Shown one piece after another: positions 17,830-27,001 of a DNA stretch of 64,000 bases (positions within the stretch are counted from its first letter, which is position 1; every line of letters begins with the position of its first letter). The notes beneath the pieces are model-generated. The model did not search any database. It saw only the letters and a list, made by a program, of their open reading frames with translations, and was not told where the DNA came from. Position numbers and translations under genes: made by a program. The DNA is from Pseudomonadota bacterium (GTDB lineage: Bacteria > Pseudomonadota > Alphaproteobacteria > Caulobacterales > Caulobacteraceae): assembly GCA_023451375.1 (NCBI GenBank), contig JAEXZS010000097.1, positions 71,525-135,524 on the forward strand. The letters are read 5' to 3'.

Positions 17830-17848
17830 GTTATTACGTCGTTAGAAC
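17830..17848. promoter_or_regulatory. Putative mazEF operator
   Basis: GTTATTAC-gtc-GTTAGAAC AT-rich imperfect repeat just upstream of the antitoxin. Confidence 0.45.
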
Positions 17849-17859
17849 GGAGTGCGCTG

Positions 17860-18126
17860 ATGTCCTCGGCCATACGCAAGATCGGAAACTCGGCGGGCGT
17901 GATCCTGCCCAAACCCGTGCTGGAATCGCTCGGCGCCAAGCTGGGCGATCGGATCGATTTCGTCGCCGAAAATGGGCGAGTTTTCTTGTCACCCGTTGTC
18001 GCTGACCCGCGCGAAGGTTGGGAGGAGGACTCCAAGCGTCTGGGCGCGTTGGGCTTGACCGATGAAGATCAGGAATGGCTCGAAGCGCCGCTCAATACCG
18101 ACGCCGAGAAGGACTGGGAGTGGTGA
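17860..18126 (+). CDS. mazE: MazE/AbrB-type antitoxin
   Basis: IRKIGNSAGVILPKPVLE; acidic C-terminus. Confidence 0.88.
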   Translation: MSSAIRKIGNSAGVILPKPVLESLGAKLGDRIDFVAENGRVFLSPVVADPREGWEEDSKRLGALGLTDEDQEWLEAPLNTDAEKDWEW

Positions 18127-18437
18127 AACGGGGCGAGGTCTGGCTGGCCCGTCTCGACCCGACGGAAGGGAGCGAAATTCGCAAGACCCGGCCCTGTCTG
18201 ATCGTCTCGCCGGATCGTCTCAGCCACCACGATATCTTCATCGTCGCCCCGATGAGTTCTGGCGACCGCGCCGCGCGTTTCCGTGTCGAAGTCGTCTTTC
18301 AGGGCCGACACGGACGCGTCCTGCCCGATCAGATCCGAACGGTCGCCCGCAGCCGATTGATCCGTCGGTTGGACAGGCTGGATGATCACTACGTCGCTGA
18401 GGTTCTCGGCATTTTGAGATTGATGTTTGAGGATTGA
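18123..18437 (+). CDS. mazF: PemK/MazF family endoribonuclease toxin
   Basis: GTG start overlapping the antitoxin stop; KRGEVWLARLDPTEGSEIRKTRPCLIVS, DQIRTV. Confidence 0.9.
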   Translation: MKRGEVWLARLDPTEGSEIRKTRPCLIVSPDRLSHHDIFIVAPMSSGDRAARFRVEVVFQGRHGRVLPDQIRTVARSRLIRRLDRLDDHYVAEVLGILRLMFED

Positions 18438-18497
18438 CCGCCGGCGGCAGGTCGCGTTTGTGAGGCGCCGTATGTGGGCGTTTTGCCGGGGGGCGAC

Positions 18498-19130
18498 GTG
18501 AGCGCGTTCGAATTCTTCTTCAGCTTCTACGGCCTGCTGCTGGGGCTATCGGTCGCCGAACTCGTGGGCGGGTTCGCGCGGGTGCTGCATGAGAAGCAGC
18601 GCATCCGGTTCGGCCTGCTGACGCCGATGCTGGCGCTTTTCGTGGCCATCGACATCGCCACCTTCTGGAACCAGGCCTGGGTCATCTTCCGGGGCGCGCC
18701 GTTCAACACCTTCGTGCTGCTGATCTCCTTGTCGATCGCCGCGACCTTCTACGTCGCCGCCAGCGTGACCTTCCCGCGCGTGTCGGCAGAGGGCGGCAAC
18801 GAGAGGATCGATCTGGACGCCCACTTCTGGGCCCATCGGCGGCTGGTGTTCGGCTGCATCCTGGCCGCCAACCTGATCGTGGCCGTGATCGTGATCATCC
18901 TGGCCCAGCTCAACCCCGACTTCGCCCGGATCGCCAGTTCGGTTCGCCTGTGGGTCGGGGTCGCGATCTTCGTCGTCGGAACCGCCACCGCCGCTTTCGC
19001 GCCGTGGCGCCGGGTCGTGGTCGGCGCCCTGATCGTCGTGCTGATCTACAGCCTGTGGGGCATGGCGAATTCGGCCGCCGTTCTGGTCAAGGCCGGCGGG
19101 TGGGCGCCCGCGCTGGGCGGCGGCGGTTGA
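18498..19130 (+). CDS. Hypothetical multi-pass membrane protein
   Basis: GTG start, SAFEFFFSFYGLLLGL; about 6 TM segments. Confidence 0.7.
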   Translation: MSAFEFFFSFYGLLLGLSVAELVGGFARVLHEKQRIRFGLLTPMLALFVAIDIATFWNQAWVIFRGAPFNTFVLLISLSIAATFYVAASVTFPRVSAEGGNERIDLDAHFWAHRRLVFGCILAANLIVAVIVIILAQLNPDFARIASSVRLWVGVAIFVVGTATAAFAPWRRVVVGALIVVLIYSLWGMANSAAVLVKAGGWAPALGGGG

Positions 19131-19168
19131 AACCTTGTCAGGCCGACCCAATCGGCTCACGAAAGGCC

Positions 19169-21001
19169 ATGCAGTCCCCTCTCCTGGTTTCGGCCCTGAT
19201 GGCCGCCATTGCCTGTAGCGTGAGCCCCGCCATGTCCCAGTCGCTGCCCAACGCCGCCCCGTGGGATCAGGCTTTCCTGCCGCCGGCCCCGGCGTGGGAA
19301 GGCGCGTCGAGGGCGTTGCTGCGCGACGCCTCCGACCCGTGGGTCACGGCGTTCGAGGCCGATCCGGCGCATGACTTCAGCCCGAACTACGTCGACACCC
19401 GCGCGTGGTTCGACCGGCTGGACCAGGCCAGCGACCTGATCCGCATCGAACAGTTCGGCGTCTCGCCGGAGGGGCGGCCGATCTATGCGGTGATCGCGTC
19501 GAAGGATCAGGCGAGCTTCGATCCGGCCAAGCCGGTGCTGATGATCCAGGCCGGCATCCACCCCGGCGAGATCGACGGCAAGGACGCGGGCATGATGCTG
19601 CTGCGCGACATCGCCCTTTATGGCAAGGACGGGCTGCTGGACCGGGTGAACCTGATCCTGGTCCCGATCCTGAGCGTCGATGGGCACGAGCGGTCCGGCC
19701 CCTATTCCCGCCCCAACCAGCGCGGGCCGCGCATCCAGGGCTGGCGCAACACGGCGACCAACCAGAACCTGAACCGCGATTATCTGAAGCTGGACCAGCC
19801 CGAGATGCGGGCGGTGCGCGCGCTGATCCTGAAGCACCGGCCGGACCTGTACGTCGACGTCCACGTCACCGACGGCATGGATTACCAGTACGACGTCACC
19901 TACGGCTTCAACGGCGAGAACGGGACGTTCAGCCGGTCGCCCAACAGCTCGGCCTGGCTGGACGGCGTGTTCAAGCCGGCGATGAACGCGGCGCTGGAAG
20001 CGCAGGGCCACATTCCCGGCGAACTGGTGTTCGGCATGGACGACGACGATCCGAAGGCCGGGCTGAACGACGGCGGCCTGGGCGAGCGGTTCTCCAACGG
20101 CTGGGGCGCGGCCGCGCACGTGCCGACCATCCTGATCGAGAACCATAGCCTGAAGCCGCACGAGCAGCGGGTGCTGGGGACCTACGTCTTCATCGAGGCG
20201 GCGATGCGCCTGCTGGCCGATCAGGGCGCGGCGCTGCGGGCGGCCACCGAACAGGACCGGGCGCTGCGTCCGGCGGAGATCCCGACGAACTTCGAGCAGG
20301 AGGCGACGCCCGCCTCCGTCCGGGCCTTCAAGGGCATCCGCTACGAGATGTACGACAGCCCGGCGTCGGGCCGACGCGAGGTGCGCTGGCTGGGCGAGGC
20401 CGATCCTGAAATCTGGCGGCTGCCGTTCTACGGCTCCAAGCCGACGCTGACCCTGAAGCGGCCGACGGCCTATTGGGTCCCCGGCCATCGCGCCGACATC
20501 ATCGAGCGGCTGAAGGCGCACGGGATCGAAATGGAGGCCGTGACGGAGCCGCGCGTCGTCGGCGTGTCCATGCTGCGCCTGGTCGATCCGAAACTGGCCG
20601 CGCGGGCGAACGAGGGCCACGTCCAGGCCTGGGTCGAGGCGGTCGAGGCGGAGCGGCGCGACTGGACCTTCCCCGCCGGGTCGGTGCGCGTGCCGACCGA
20701 TCAGCCGCTGGGCGACATCGTCGTCCTGCTGCTGGAGCCGCAGTCGAACGAGAGCTTCTTCGCCTGGGGCCTGTTCCCGGAGGTGCTGAGCCGGGTGGAA
20801 TACATCGAGGCCTACGCCATCGCGCCGCTGGCCGACCGGATGCTGGCGGCCGATCCTGCGCTGAAGGCCGAGTTCGAGACGAAGCTGTCGGCCGAGCCGG
20901 ACTTCGCCGCCGACGCCCAGGCGCGGCTGGGCTGGTTCTATGAGCGGACCCCCTTCTACGACGACCGCTATCTGCTTTATCCGGTCGCGCGCGAGGACTG
21001 A
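19169..21001 (+). CDS. M14 family zinc carboxypeptidase, secreted
   Basis: Signal peptide; GIHPGE, NLNRDY, DVH zinc and substrate motifs. Confidence 0.88.
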   Translation: MQSPLLVSALMAAIACSVSPAMSQSLPNAAPWDQAFLPPAPAWEGASRALLRDASDPWVTAFEADPAHDFSPNYVDTRAWFDRLDQASDLIRIEQFGVSPEGRPIYAVIASKDQASFDPAKPVLMIQAGIHPGEIDGKDAGMMLLRDIALYGKDGLLDRVNLILVPILSVDGHERSGPYSRPNQRGPRIQGWRNTATNQNLNRDYLKLDQPEMRAVRALILKHRPDLYVDVHVTDGMDYQYDVTYGFNGENGTFSRSPNSSAWLDGVFKPAMNAALEAQGHIPGELVFGMDDDDPKAGLNDGGLGERFSNGWGAAAHVPTILIENHSLKPHEQRVLGTYVFIEAAMRLLADQGAALRAATEQDRALRPAEIPTNFEQEATPASVRAFKGIRYEMYDSPASGRREVRWLGEADPEIWRLPFYGSKPTLTLKRPTAYWVPGHRADIIERLKAHGIEMEAVTEPRVVGVSMLRLVDPKLAARANEGHVQAWVEAVEAERRDWTFPAGSVRVPTDQPLGDIVVLLLEPQSNESFFAWGLFPEVLSRVEYIEAYAIAPLADRMLAADPALKAEFETKLSAEPDFAADAQARLGWFYERTPFYDDRYLLYPVARED

Positions 21002-21411
21002 TGATGAGCGAATCCGTGATGCACGCCCTGCAGGCCGCCGCCCTCTGGAGCGGCCTGATGATCCTGCTGATGCTGGTGCTGTCGGGCATGGTGGTCAGCG
21101 GGCGGCGCAAGCACCTGGTGTCGTTCGGCGACGGCGGCCATCCCGACCTGCTGGCGGCCAGCCGCGCCTTCGGCAACTGCGTGGAGTACGCCACGCCGGG
21201 CATGGCGGCGCTGGGGCTGCTGGCCCTGGTCAGCGGCCAGCCGTGGATGGTGCATGCGGTCGGCGCGAGTCTGCTGGCGGGACGGATCGTCCACGCGCTG
21301 GGCCTGCTGCTGCAGACCGGCCCGTCGATCGGCCGGGTGCTGGGCATGGCGCTGACGTGGATCGCGCTCTTGGCGGCGGGCGTCGGCCTGATCGCCTACG
21401 GGGTGCTGTGA
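21001..21411 (+). CDS. MAPEG family membrane protein
   Basis: FGDGG...RAFGNCVEY...GRIVHALG. Confidence 0.85.
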   Translation: MMSESVMHALQAAALWSGLMILLMLVLSGMVVSGRRKHLVSFGDGGHPDLLAASRAFGNCVEYATPGMAALGLLALVSGQPWMVHAVGASLLAGRIVHALGLLLQTGPSIGRVLGMALTWIALLAAGVGLIAYGVL

Positions 21412-21451
21412 CGCCGGTTGCGGCGACCGAGGGGGTCCGCCATATCGGGGC

Positions 21452-22816
21452 ATGACCGAAGTCCTGTCCGTCGCCGACGCGGCCCCCGCCTCCGATCTTC
21501 TCCATGACATCGTCCAGGCCGCGCTGAAGGCGGGCGCCGACGCGGCCGAGGCCGTGACCGCCGACCGCCAGGCGCTGTCGGTCGGGGTGCGCAACGGCCG
21601 GCTGGAGGATGTGGAGCGCGAGGAATCGCGCGACCTGGGCCTGCGCGTCTTCGTGGGCAGGCGGCAGGCGACGGTGTCGGCCTCGGACCTGTCGCCGGCG
21701 ACGCGGGCGCGGCTGGTCGAGCGGGCCGTGGCCATGGCGCGGCTGGCGCCGGAAGACCCCTATGCGGGCCTGGCGCCGGAGGACAGGCTGGCGCGTGAGC
21801 CGTTCGCCCAGCTGGACCTCTATGATCCGACCGAGCGCGGCGCGGCCGAGCTGGAAGCGGCGGCGGCCGAGGCGGAGGGCGTGGCCCTGGCCGTGCCCGG
21901 CGTGGCCAAGTCAGAGGGCGGACACGCCTCCTGGTCGTCCAGCCGATGGCGGCTGGTCGCGTCCAACGGCTTCGACGGCGCCTACGAGGGCTCGGCCTTC
22001 TCGCTGGGCGTCGGCGTCATCGCCGAGAAGGACGGAGCGATGGAGCGCGGGGGCGAGAGCCGCACGACGCGCCATCTGGCCGACCTGCCCGGCGCCCAGT
22101 CCATCGGCGACTTCGCCGGCCGTCGCGCCGTGGCGCGGGTGGGGGCGCGCAAGATCGCCTCGACCACCGCGCCGGTGATCTTCGAGAACCGGGTCGCGGG
22201 CCAGATCGTCTCGCCCGCCATCGGGGCCGTCGCGGGGCCGTCCATCGCGCGCGGCACCTCCTTTCTGAAGGACCGGCTGGGGCAGCGGGTGTTCGCGCCG
22301 GGGGTGGACCTGATCGATGATCCGTTCCGCCCGCGCGGTCTGGGCTCCACCCCGTTCGACGACGAGGGCGTCGCGGTCGAGGAACGCAGGCTGTTCGACG
22401 ACGGGGTGCTGACCACCTGGCTGCTGAACACGGCCTCGGCGGCGCAGCTGGGCCTGGCCAGCACCGGCCACGCCTCACGCGGGCTGGCGGGTCCGTCGGG
22501 GGTCTCGACCCACAATCTGCACATGACCCCCGGCGAGCGCACGCTGGAACAGCTGATGGCCGACGCCGGGACGGGCCTGCTGGTCACCTCCATGTTCGGG
22601 CCGTCGCTGAACGGCAACACGGGCGACTGGTCGGCCGGGGTGTCCGGCTTCTGGTTCGAGCGTGGAGAGATCGCCTATCCGGTCAGCGAGGTGACGGTGG
22701 CCGGCAAGCTGACCGACCTCTACCTGCGGCTGCGGCGCGGCTCGGACCTGGAGTTCAGGGGCGCCTTCAACGTGCCGAGCCTGATGTTCGACGCGGTGGC
22801 CATCGCCGGCAAATGA
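21452..22816 (+). CDS. pmbA: TldD/PmbA family protein (PmbA/TldE-like)
   Basis: LGLRVFVG, SFLKDRLG, PFDDEGV, TGHASRG, TGDWS, YPVSEVTVAG; no HExxxH. Confidence 0.88.
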   Translation: MTEVLSVADAAPASDLLHDIVQAALKAGADAAEAVTADRQALSVGVRNGRLEDVEREESRDLGLRVFVGRRQATVSASDLSPATRARLVERAVAMARLAPEDPYAGLAPEDRLAREPFAQLDLYDPTERGAAELEAAAAEAEGVALAVPGVAKSEGGHASWSSSRWRLVASNGFDGAYEGSAFSLGVGVIAEKDGAMERGGESRTTRHLADLPGAQSIGDFAGRRAVARVGARKIASTTAPVIFENRVAGQIVSPAIGAVAGPSIARGTSFLKDRLGQRVFAPGVDLIDDPFRPRGLGSTPFDDEGVAVEERRLFDDGVLTTWLLNTASAAQLGLASTGHASRGLAGPSGVSTHNLHMTPGERTLEQLMADAGTGLLVTSMFGPSLNGNTGDWSAGVSGFWFERGEIAYPVSEVTVAGKLTDLYLRLRRGSDLEFRGAFNVPSLMFDAVAIAGK

Positions 22817-23607
22817 TCGACCTGGCCGCCGATCTCGAGCTGATCCGACAGGCCGCCGTCGACGCGGGCGCCCTGGCCCTGTCCGAGCGCGAGGCGGGGC
22901 TGAAGATCGAGGCCAAGCCGGGCGGGTCGCCGGTGACCAGCGGCGACCTGAAGGTCGACGCCATGCTGCGCGAGCGGCTGCTGGGCGCGCGGCCAGACTA
23001 TGGCTGGCTGTCGGAGGAGACGGCGGATACGACCGAACGGACGGGCCGGCGGCGCATCTTCGTGGTCGATCCGATCGACGGCACCATCGCCTACATGAAG
23101 CGCAAGCCCTGGTGGTGCGTGCCCATCGCCGTGATCGAGGACGGCCGGGCGGTCGCCGCGGCGATCCATGCGCCGGTGGTGGGCGAGACCTATGTGGCCA
23201 CCCGCGGCGGCGGGGCGATGCGGAACGGCGAGGCGATCGCCGCCTCGGATGTCGAGACGCTGGAGGATGCGTCCTTCCTGGGCGACGCGCGGCTGATCGA
23301 GGGGCCGCAATGGGCGGAGCCCTGGCCCACGGTCCGCTTCGAGAAGAGGAACGCCCTGGCCTATCGCATGGCGCTGGTGGCGGCGGGCGCCTTCGACGCC
23401 GCCATCGCGCTTACGCCCAAGTGGGACTGGGACGTGGCGGCGGGCAGCCTGATCGCCGAGGAGGCCGGCGCCGTGGTCAGCGACCACCACGGCCGCCCCT
23501 GGCGCTTCAACCGCCCCGACCCGCGCCAGGCCAGCCTGGTCTGCGCCGCTCCGGCCCTGCATCCGCAGATCGTGCGGCGCTGCCGCGCGGTGCCGATGGG
23601 GGGCTGA
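22813..23607 (+). CDS. Inositol monophosphatase / CysQ family phosphatase
   Basis: WLSEE, VVDPIDGT, WDVAAG. Confidence 0.9.
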   Translation: MIDLAADLELIRQAAVDAGALALSEREAGLKIEAKPGGSPVTSGDLKVDAMLRERLLGARPDYGWLSEETADTTERTGRRRIFVVDPIDGTIAYMKRKPWWCVPIAVIEDGRAVAAAIHAPVVGETYVATRGGGAMRNGEAIAASDVETLEDASFLGDARLIEGPQWAEPWPTVRFEKRNALAYRMALVAAGAFDAAIALTPKWDWDVAAGSLIAEEAGAVVSDHHGRPWRFNRPDPRQASLVCAAPALHPQIVRRCRAVPMGG

Positions 23608-23778
23608 CCCTCTCCCATCGGGAGAGGGCTTGAGCGCACGGCGGCGAAGCCGTCGTCCTTGCGCGACCCGAAGGGCGGCGCGAAGCAGCCAAAGGGTGAG
23701 GGGTCGGGTGGTGCGAACTGGCCCGCCGGCCGACCCTCATCCGACCCTTCGGGCCACCTTCTCCCAATGGGAGAAGGA
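23608..23778. repeat. REP-like paired palindromic element (family C variant) between convergent genes
   Basis: CCCTCTCCC-atc-GGGAGAGGG ... GGTGAGGG ... CCCTCATCC ... CCTTCTCCC-aat-GGGAGAAGG. Confidence 0.7.
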
Positions 23779-23780
23779 AA

Positions 23781-24125
23781 CTACTTCAGCGCCGCCGCAT
23801 AGGCCTCCGGCTTGAACCCGACCAGCCGCCGGTCGCCGAGGTCCAGCACCGGGCGTTTGATCATCGACGGCTGGGCCAGCATCAGGGCGACGGCCTTGTC
23901 GCGGTCCAGGTTCGCCTTGTCGGCGTCGGGCAGCTTCCTGAACGTCGTGCCGGCGCGGTTCAGGACGGTTTCCCAACCGTGCTCGTCCGTCCACTGCTCC
24001 AGCTTGGCGCGGTCGGCGCCGGCCTTCTTGTAGTCGTGGAAGGCGTAGGCGACGCCGTGCTGATCCAGCCAGACGCGGGCCTTCTTGACGGTGTCGCAGT
24101 TGGGGATGCCGTACATGGTGATCAT
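23781..24125 (-). CDS. ArsC/Spx family reductase (YffB-like)
   Basis: YGIPNCDTVKKA, FHDYKK, PSMIKRPV. Confidence 0.9.
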   Translation of the reverse strand: MITMYGIPNCDTVKKARVWLDQHGVAYAFHDYKKAGADRAKLEQWTDEHGWETVLNRAGTTFRKLPDADKANLDRDKAVALMLAQPSMIKRPVLDLGDRRLVGFKPEAYAAALK

Positions 24126-24142
24126 CCCCGCCTCCTAGCCGC

Positions 24143-26776
24143 TCAGAACCGCTTCGTCAGCCCCACGCTGACCACCCGCCCGCGCGGATCGGCGACGACG
24201 GGGTCGTAGCCGAGGGCGAACTGAGCCAGCGGCGGGTCCTCGTCGGTCAGGTTGACCACGCCCAGCGACAGGTCGAGGTCGCCGGCGACCGCGCGGGTAT
24301 AGAGGAGGTCGACCGTGGTCTGGCCGGCGATGTCCGGGTCGGTGATGCCGCTGCGGTCGTTGCTGTAGCCGGAGGTGTAGTGGACCAGGGCCGTCAGGCT
24401 GTTGGCCGCGTCGGCCCACGACAGGGCGAACTCGCCGCGATCCTGAGGCAGGGAGCGGCCGATCGAGTTCAGATTGGTCGAGCCGAGCCCCGAGGTCGCG
24501 GCGGCGCCCGGCGTCAGGCGGATGTCGTAGTGGTCGACATGGGTCCAGGTGGCCGAGGCGCCGGCGACGCCGCCCAGCAGGTCGCGCGAATAGCGGGCCG
24601 AGAGGTCGAGGCCCTGGGTCTCGATCGACGAGGCGTTGGTGAAATAGAGCTGGACGAAGGTCAGGGCGTCCGAGCCGGAGCGGGTGACGCGGGCCTGCGC
24701 CGGCGTGCCGGTCAGGCCGGCCGCGTCATCGGCGGCGGCCTGGTCGATGACGGCCTGGGCCGATTCCTTCACGACCAGGTTCGTATAGTCGAAGCGCCAG
24801 GCGTCCAGGCCCAGCTCCAGCCCCGGCAGCGGCCGCCACAGGACGCCCAGCGTCAGGCTTTCGGACTCCTCCGGCTTCAGGTCGGGATCGCCCGAGGTCA
24901 GGGTGTTGACGAAGACGAAGGCGCCCCGGTCGAACACCGACGGCTGCGAGGCCTGGGCGCCGGTCAGGGCATAGACCGACGGGGCGCGGAAGCCCTGGCT
25001 CCACGAGGCGCGCAGGGCCAGGGCGTCGGCCGCGTCCCAGCGCACGGCGACCTTGGGGCTGAGCTTTCCGTCGTCGCCGTCGTAGGATTCATAGCGCGCC
25101 GCCAGTTGCGCCTCGATGCGGTCGCCCAGGCGGATGCGGGCCTCGGCGAAGGCGGCCAGGGCCTCCTGGTCGCCGTCGAAGTCGGGCGAGTAGCCGGCGG
25201 TCAGCAGGTCGCCCGCGTTGACCAGGTCGCTCCAGTCGTGGCGGAAGCTGGAGCGGCGGTACTGGGCGCCCAGGGCGACATCGACGGAGCCGCCGGCCCA
25301 GGCCAGGGCTTCGCCGCCGGTAGAGACGTCGAGCGTGACCAGCCCGGCCGCGCCGCGCAGGCCGGTCGAGCCGATCAGGCTGTCGATCAGGTCGGCGTCG
25401 TTGCTCGTGCCGGTCCCCAGGTAGGCGCTGCCGAAGGGATTGAAGTAGCGGCAGGCGCCCGCGCCGGGCGTTCCTGTCGCCGGATCGCAGCCCGCGCCGC
25501 CGAGGCCGTTCAGGGCGTTCTGCAAGGCGCTGCCGATGGCGTCGGGCTTGTCGTAGGCGACATGCTGGCGGCTGGCGGTCGCGGCCAGGTCCCAGGTCCA
25601 GCCGCCGGAGAAATCGCCGGACAGGCCGCCCGCGACGCGCCAGGTCTCATAGGCGAAGTCAGCGACCGAGGCGCCGGCTTCCGCGCCCAACAGGCGGCCG
25701 CGGAACAGCACGTCCTCGCCGAACGGATTGTCGGGATGGGAGCCGGGCACGGTCAGGCTCTGCGCCAGGATCGGCAGGGACGGCGACTGGCGGGCGACGG
25801 TCTCGGTCGAGGACCAGGCGCCCTGGAGCCACAGGTCGGCGCCGGCCAGCGGGCGGCGGTAGTCGGCGAACAGCTGGGTGCGGGTCTCTTCCGGGACCAG
25901 GTCGAAGAAGTCGGAATAGTCCAGGCGGCAGAAGCTGTCGGAAGGACTGTTGCGATAGGCCTCGGCGAAGGCGGGATCGTCGCAGTCGGGATCGGGCGCG
26001 AAGCCGCCCGTGCTGGGGCGGAAGTATGAGCCGGGCTGGCCGTAGCTGGTGACGGCGGTCCACGGCGCGCGGCCGTAGGTCTCGGCCTGGGTGAAGGCGC
26101 GCTCGTCCGAGCCGAGCGCCGATCGATGGAAGTGGGACGCCGCCAGGGTCAGGTCGCCGCCCAGCAGCGACAGGCCGCCGATGGCCTCGATCACCGATTC
26201 CTCGGACCCGTCGGCGACGGCGTATTTGGCGCTGAGCTCGGGGCGGATGACGCCCTTACGAGTGATGAAGTTGACCACGCCGGCGACGGCGTCGGAGCCG
26301 TAGACGGCCGAGGCGCCGTCCTTCACCGCCTCGATCCGCTCCAGCGCGATCATCGGGACCAGGGCGTTGATGTCGACGAAGGCCGAGCCGTCGGTGGCGA
26401 CCACGGCGCTGTTGGTCCAGCGCTGGCCGTCGACCAGCACCAGGGTCGAGCCGAGGCCGAGATTGCGCAGGTTGAACTGGGCCGTGCCCGAACTCTGGGG
26501 CTGGTTCAGCTGGTCGACCTGGGCCTCCGAGCCGGAGTTGGCGGTCAGCAGGCGGACCAGTTGCGAAGCATCGGAGACGCCGGCGGCGGCGAACACCTGG
26601 CGGTCCACGACGTCGACGGGCGCCAGGCGGTCGCCGCCTGCGATACGGGAGCCGGTGACCACCACCTCGTCCAGGGACGCCGGGCCGCTCTGGGCCCAGG
26701 CGGCCGGCGCGATGAGGCAGGCCGCCGCGATGCAGGCCGGGGCCGAGGCCGCCGTCAGGGCCAGGCGTCGAGTCAT
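24143..26776 (-). CDS. TonB-dependent receptor
   Basis: Signal peptide, TonB box LDEVVVTGSR, plug NLRNLG..TLVLVDG..DGASAVYGSDAVAGVVN, terminal Phe; GGAGG RBS. Confidence 0.93.
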   Translation of the reverse strand: MTRRLALTAASAPACIAAACLIAPAAWAQSGPASLDEVVVTGSRIAGGDRLAPVDVVDRQVFAAAGVSDASQLVRLLTANSGSEAQVDQLNQPQSSGTAQFNLRNLGLGSTLVLVDGQRWTNSAVVATDGSAFVDINALVPMIALERIEAVKDGASAVYGSDAVAGVVNFITRKGVIRPELSAKYAVADGSEESVIEAIGGLSLLGGDLTLAASHFHRSALGSDERAFTQAETYGRAPWTAVTSYGQPGSYFRPSTGGFAPDPDCDDPAFAEAYRNSPSDSFCRLDYSDFFDLVPEETRTQLFADYRRPLAGADLWLQGAWSSTETVARQSPSLPILAQSLTVPGSHPDNPFGEDVLFRGRLLGAEAGASVADFAYETWRVAGGLSGDFSGGWTWDLAATASRQHVAYDKPDAIGSALQNALNGLGGAGCDPATGTPGAGACRYFNPFGSAYLGTGTSNDADLIDSLIGSTGLRGAAGLVTLDVSTGGEALAWAGGSVDVALGAQYRRSSFRHDWSDLVNAGDLLTAGYSPDFDGDQEALAAFAEARIRLGDRIEAQLAARYESYDGDDGKLSPKVAVRWDAADALALRASWSQGFRAPSVYALTGAQASQPSVFDRGAFVFVNTLTSGDPDLKPEESESLTLGVLWRPLPGLELGLDAWRFDYTNLVVKESAQAVIDQAAADDAAGLTGTPAQARVTRSGSDALTFVQLYFTNASSIETQGLDLSARYSRDLLGGVAGASATWTHVDHYDIRLTPGAAATSGLGSTNLNSIGRSLPQDRGEFALSWADAANSLTALVHYTSGYSNDRSGITDPDIAGQTTVDLLYTRAVAGDLDLSLGVVNLTDEDPPLAQFALGYDPVVADPRGRVVSVGLTKRF

Positions 26777-27001
26777 GAAATCCTCCCGTCGAATCCGGAG
26801 GCGGCTTCTAGACAGGCTTCGCCGTTTGCGAAAGTGCAAAGACTCCGTTTTGCAAGAATTCGCCGCGCTTGGCGCCGAACGGCGGCCGGCCATGAACTCA
26901 GTGTTGACGAGGCGCGAACGTGTCGCGGCGACTTGCCCGCCGGACGCGCCGACCGCGACTGAGCAGGTGAGGACGGACGCGCGACCTGCTAAGGCTGTTC
27001 C

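Noticed and set aside
26955..26995. TPP riboswitch (CTGAG plus AGCAGGT/ACCTGCT hairpin)
   Set aside because: Other conserved TPP elements are missing, and the downstream gene on that strand is a PPIase
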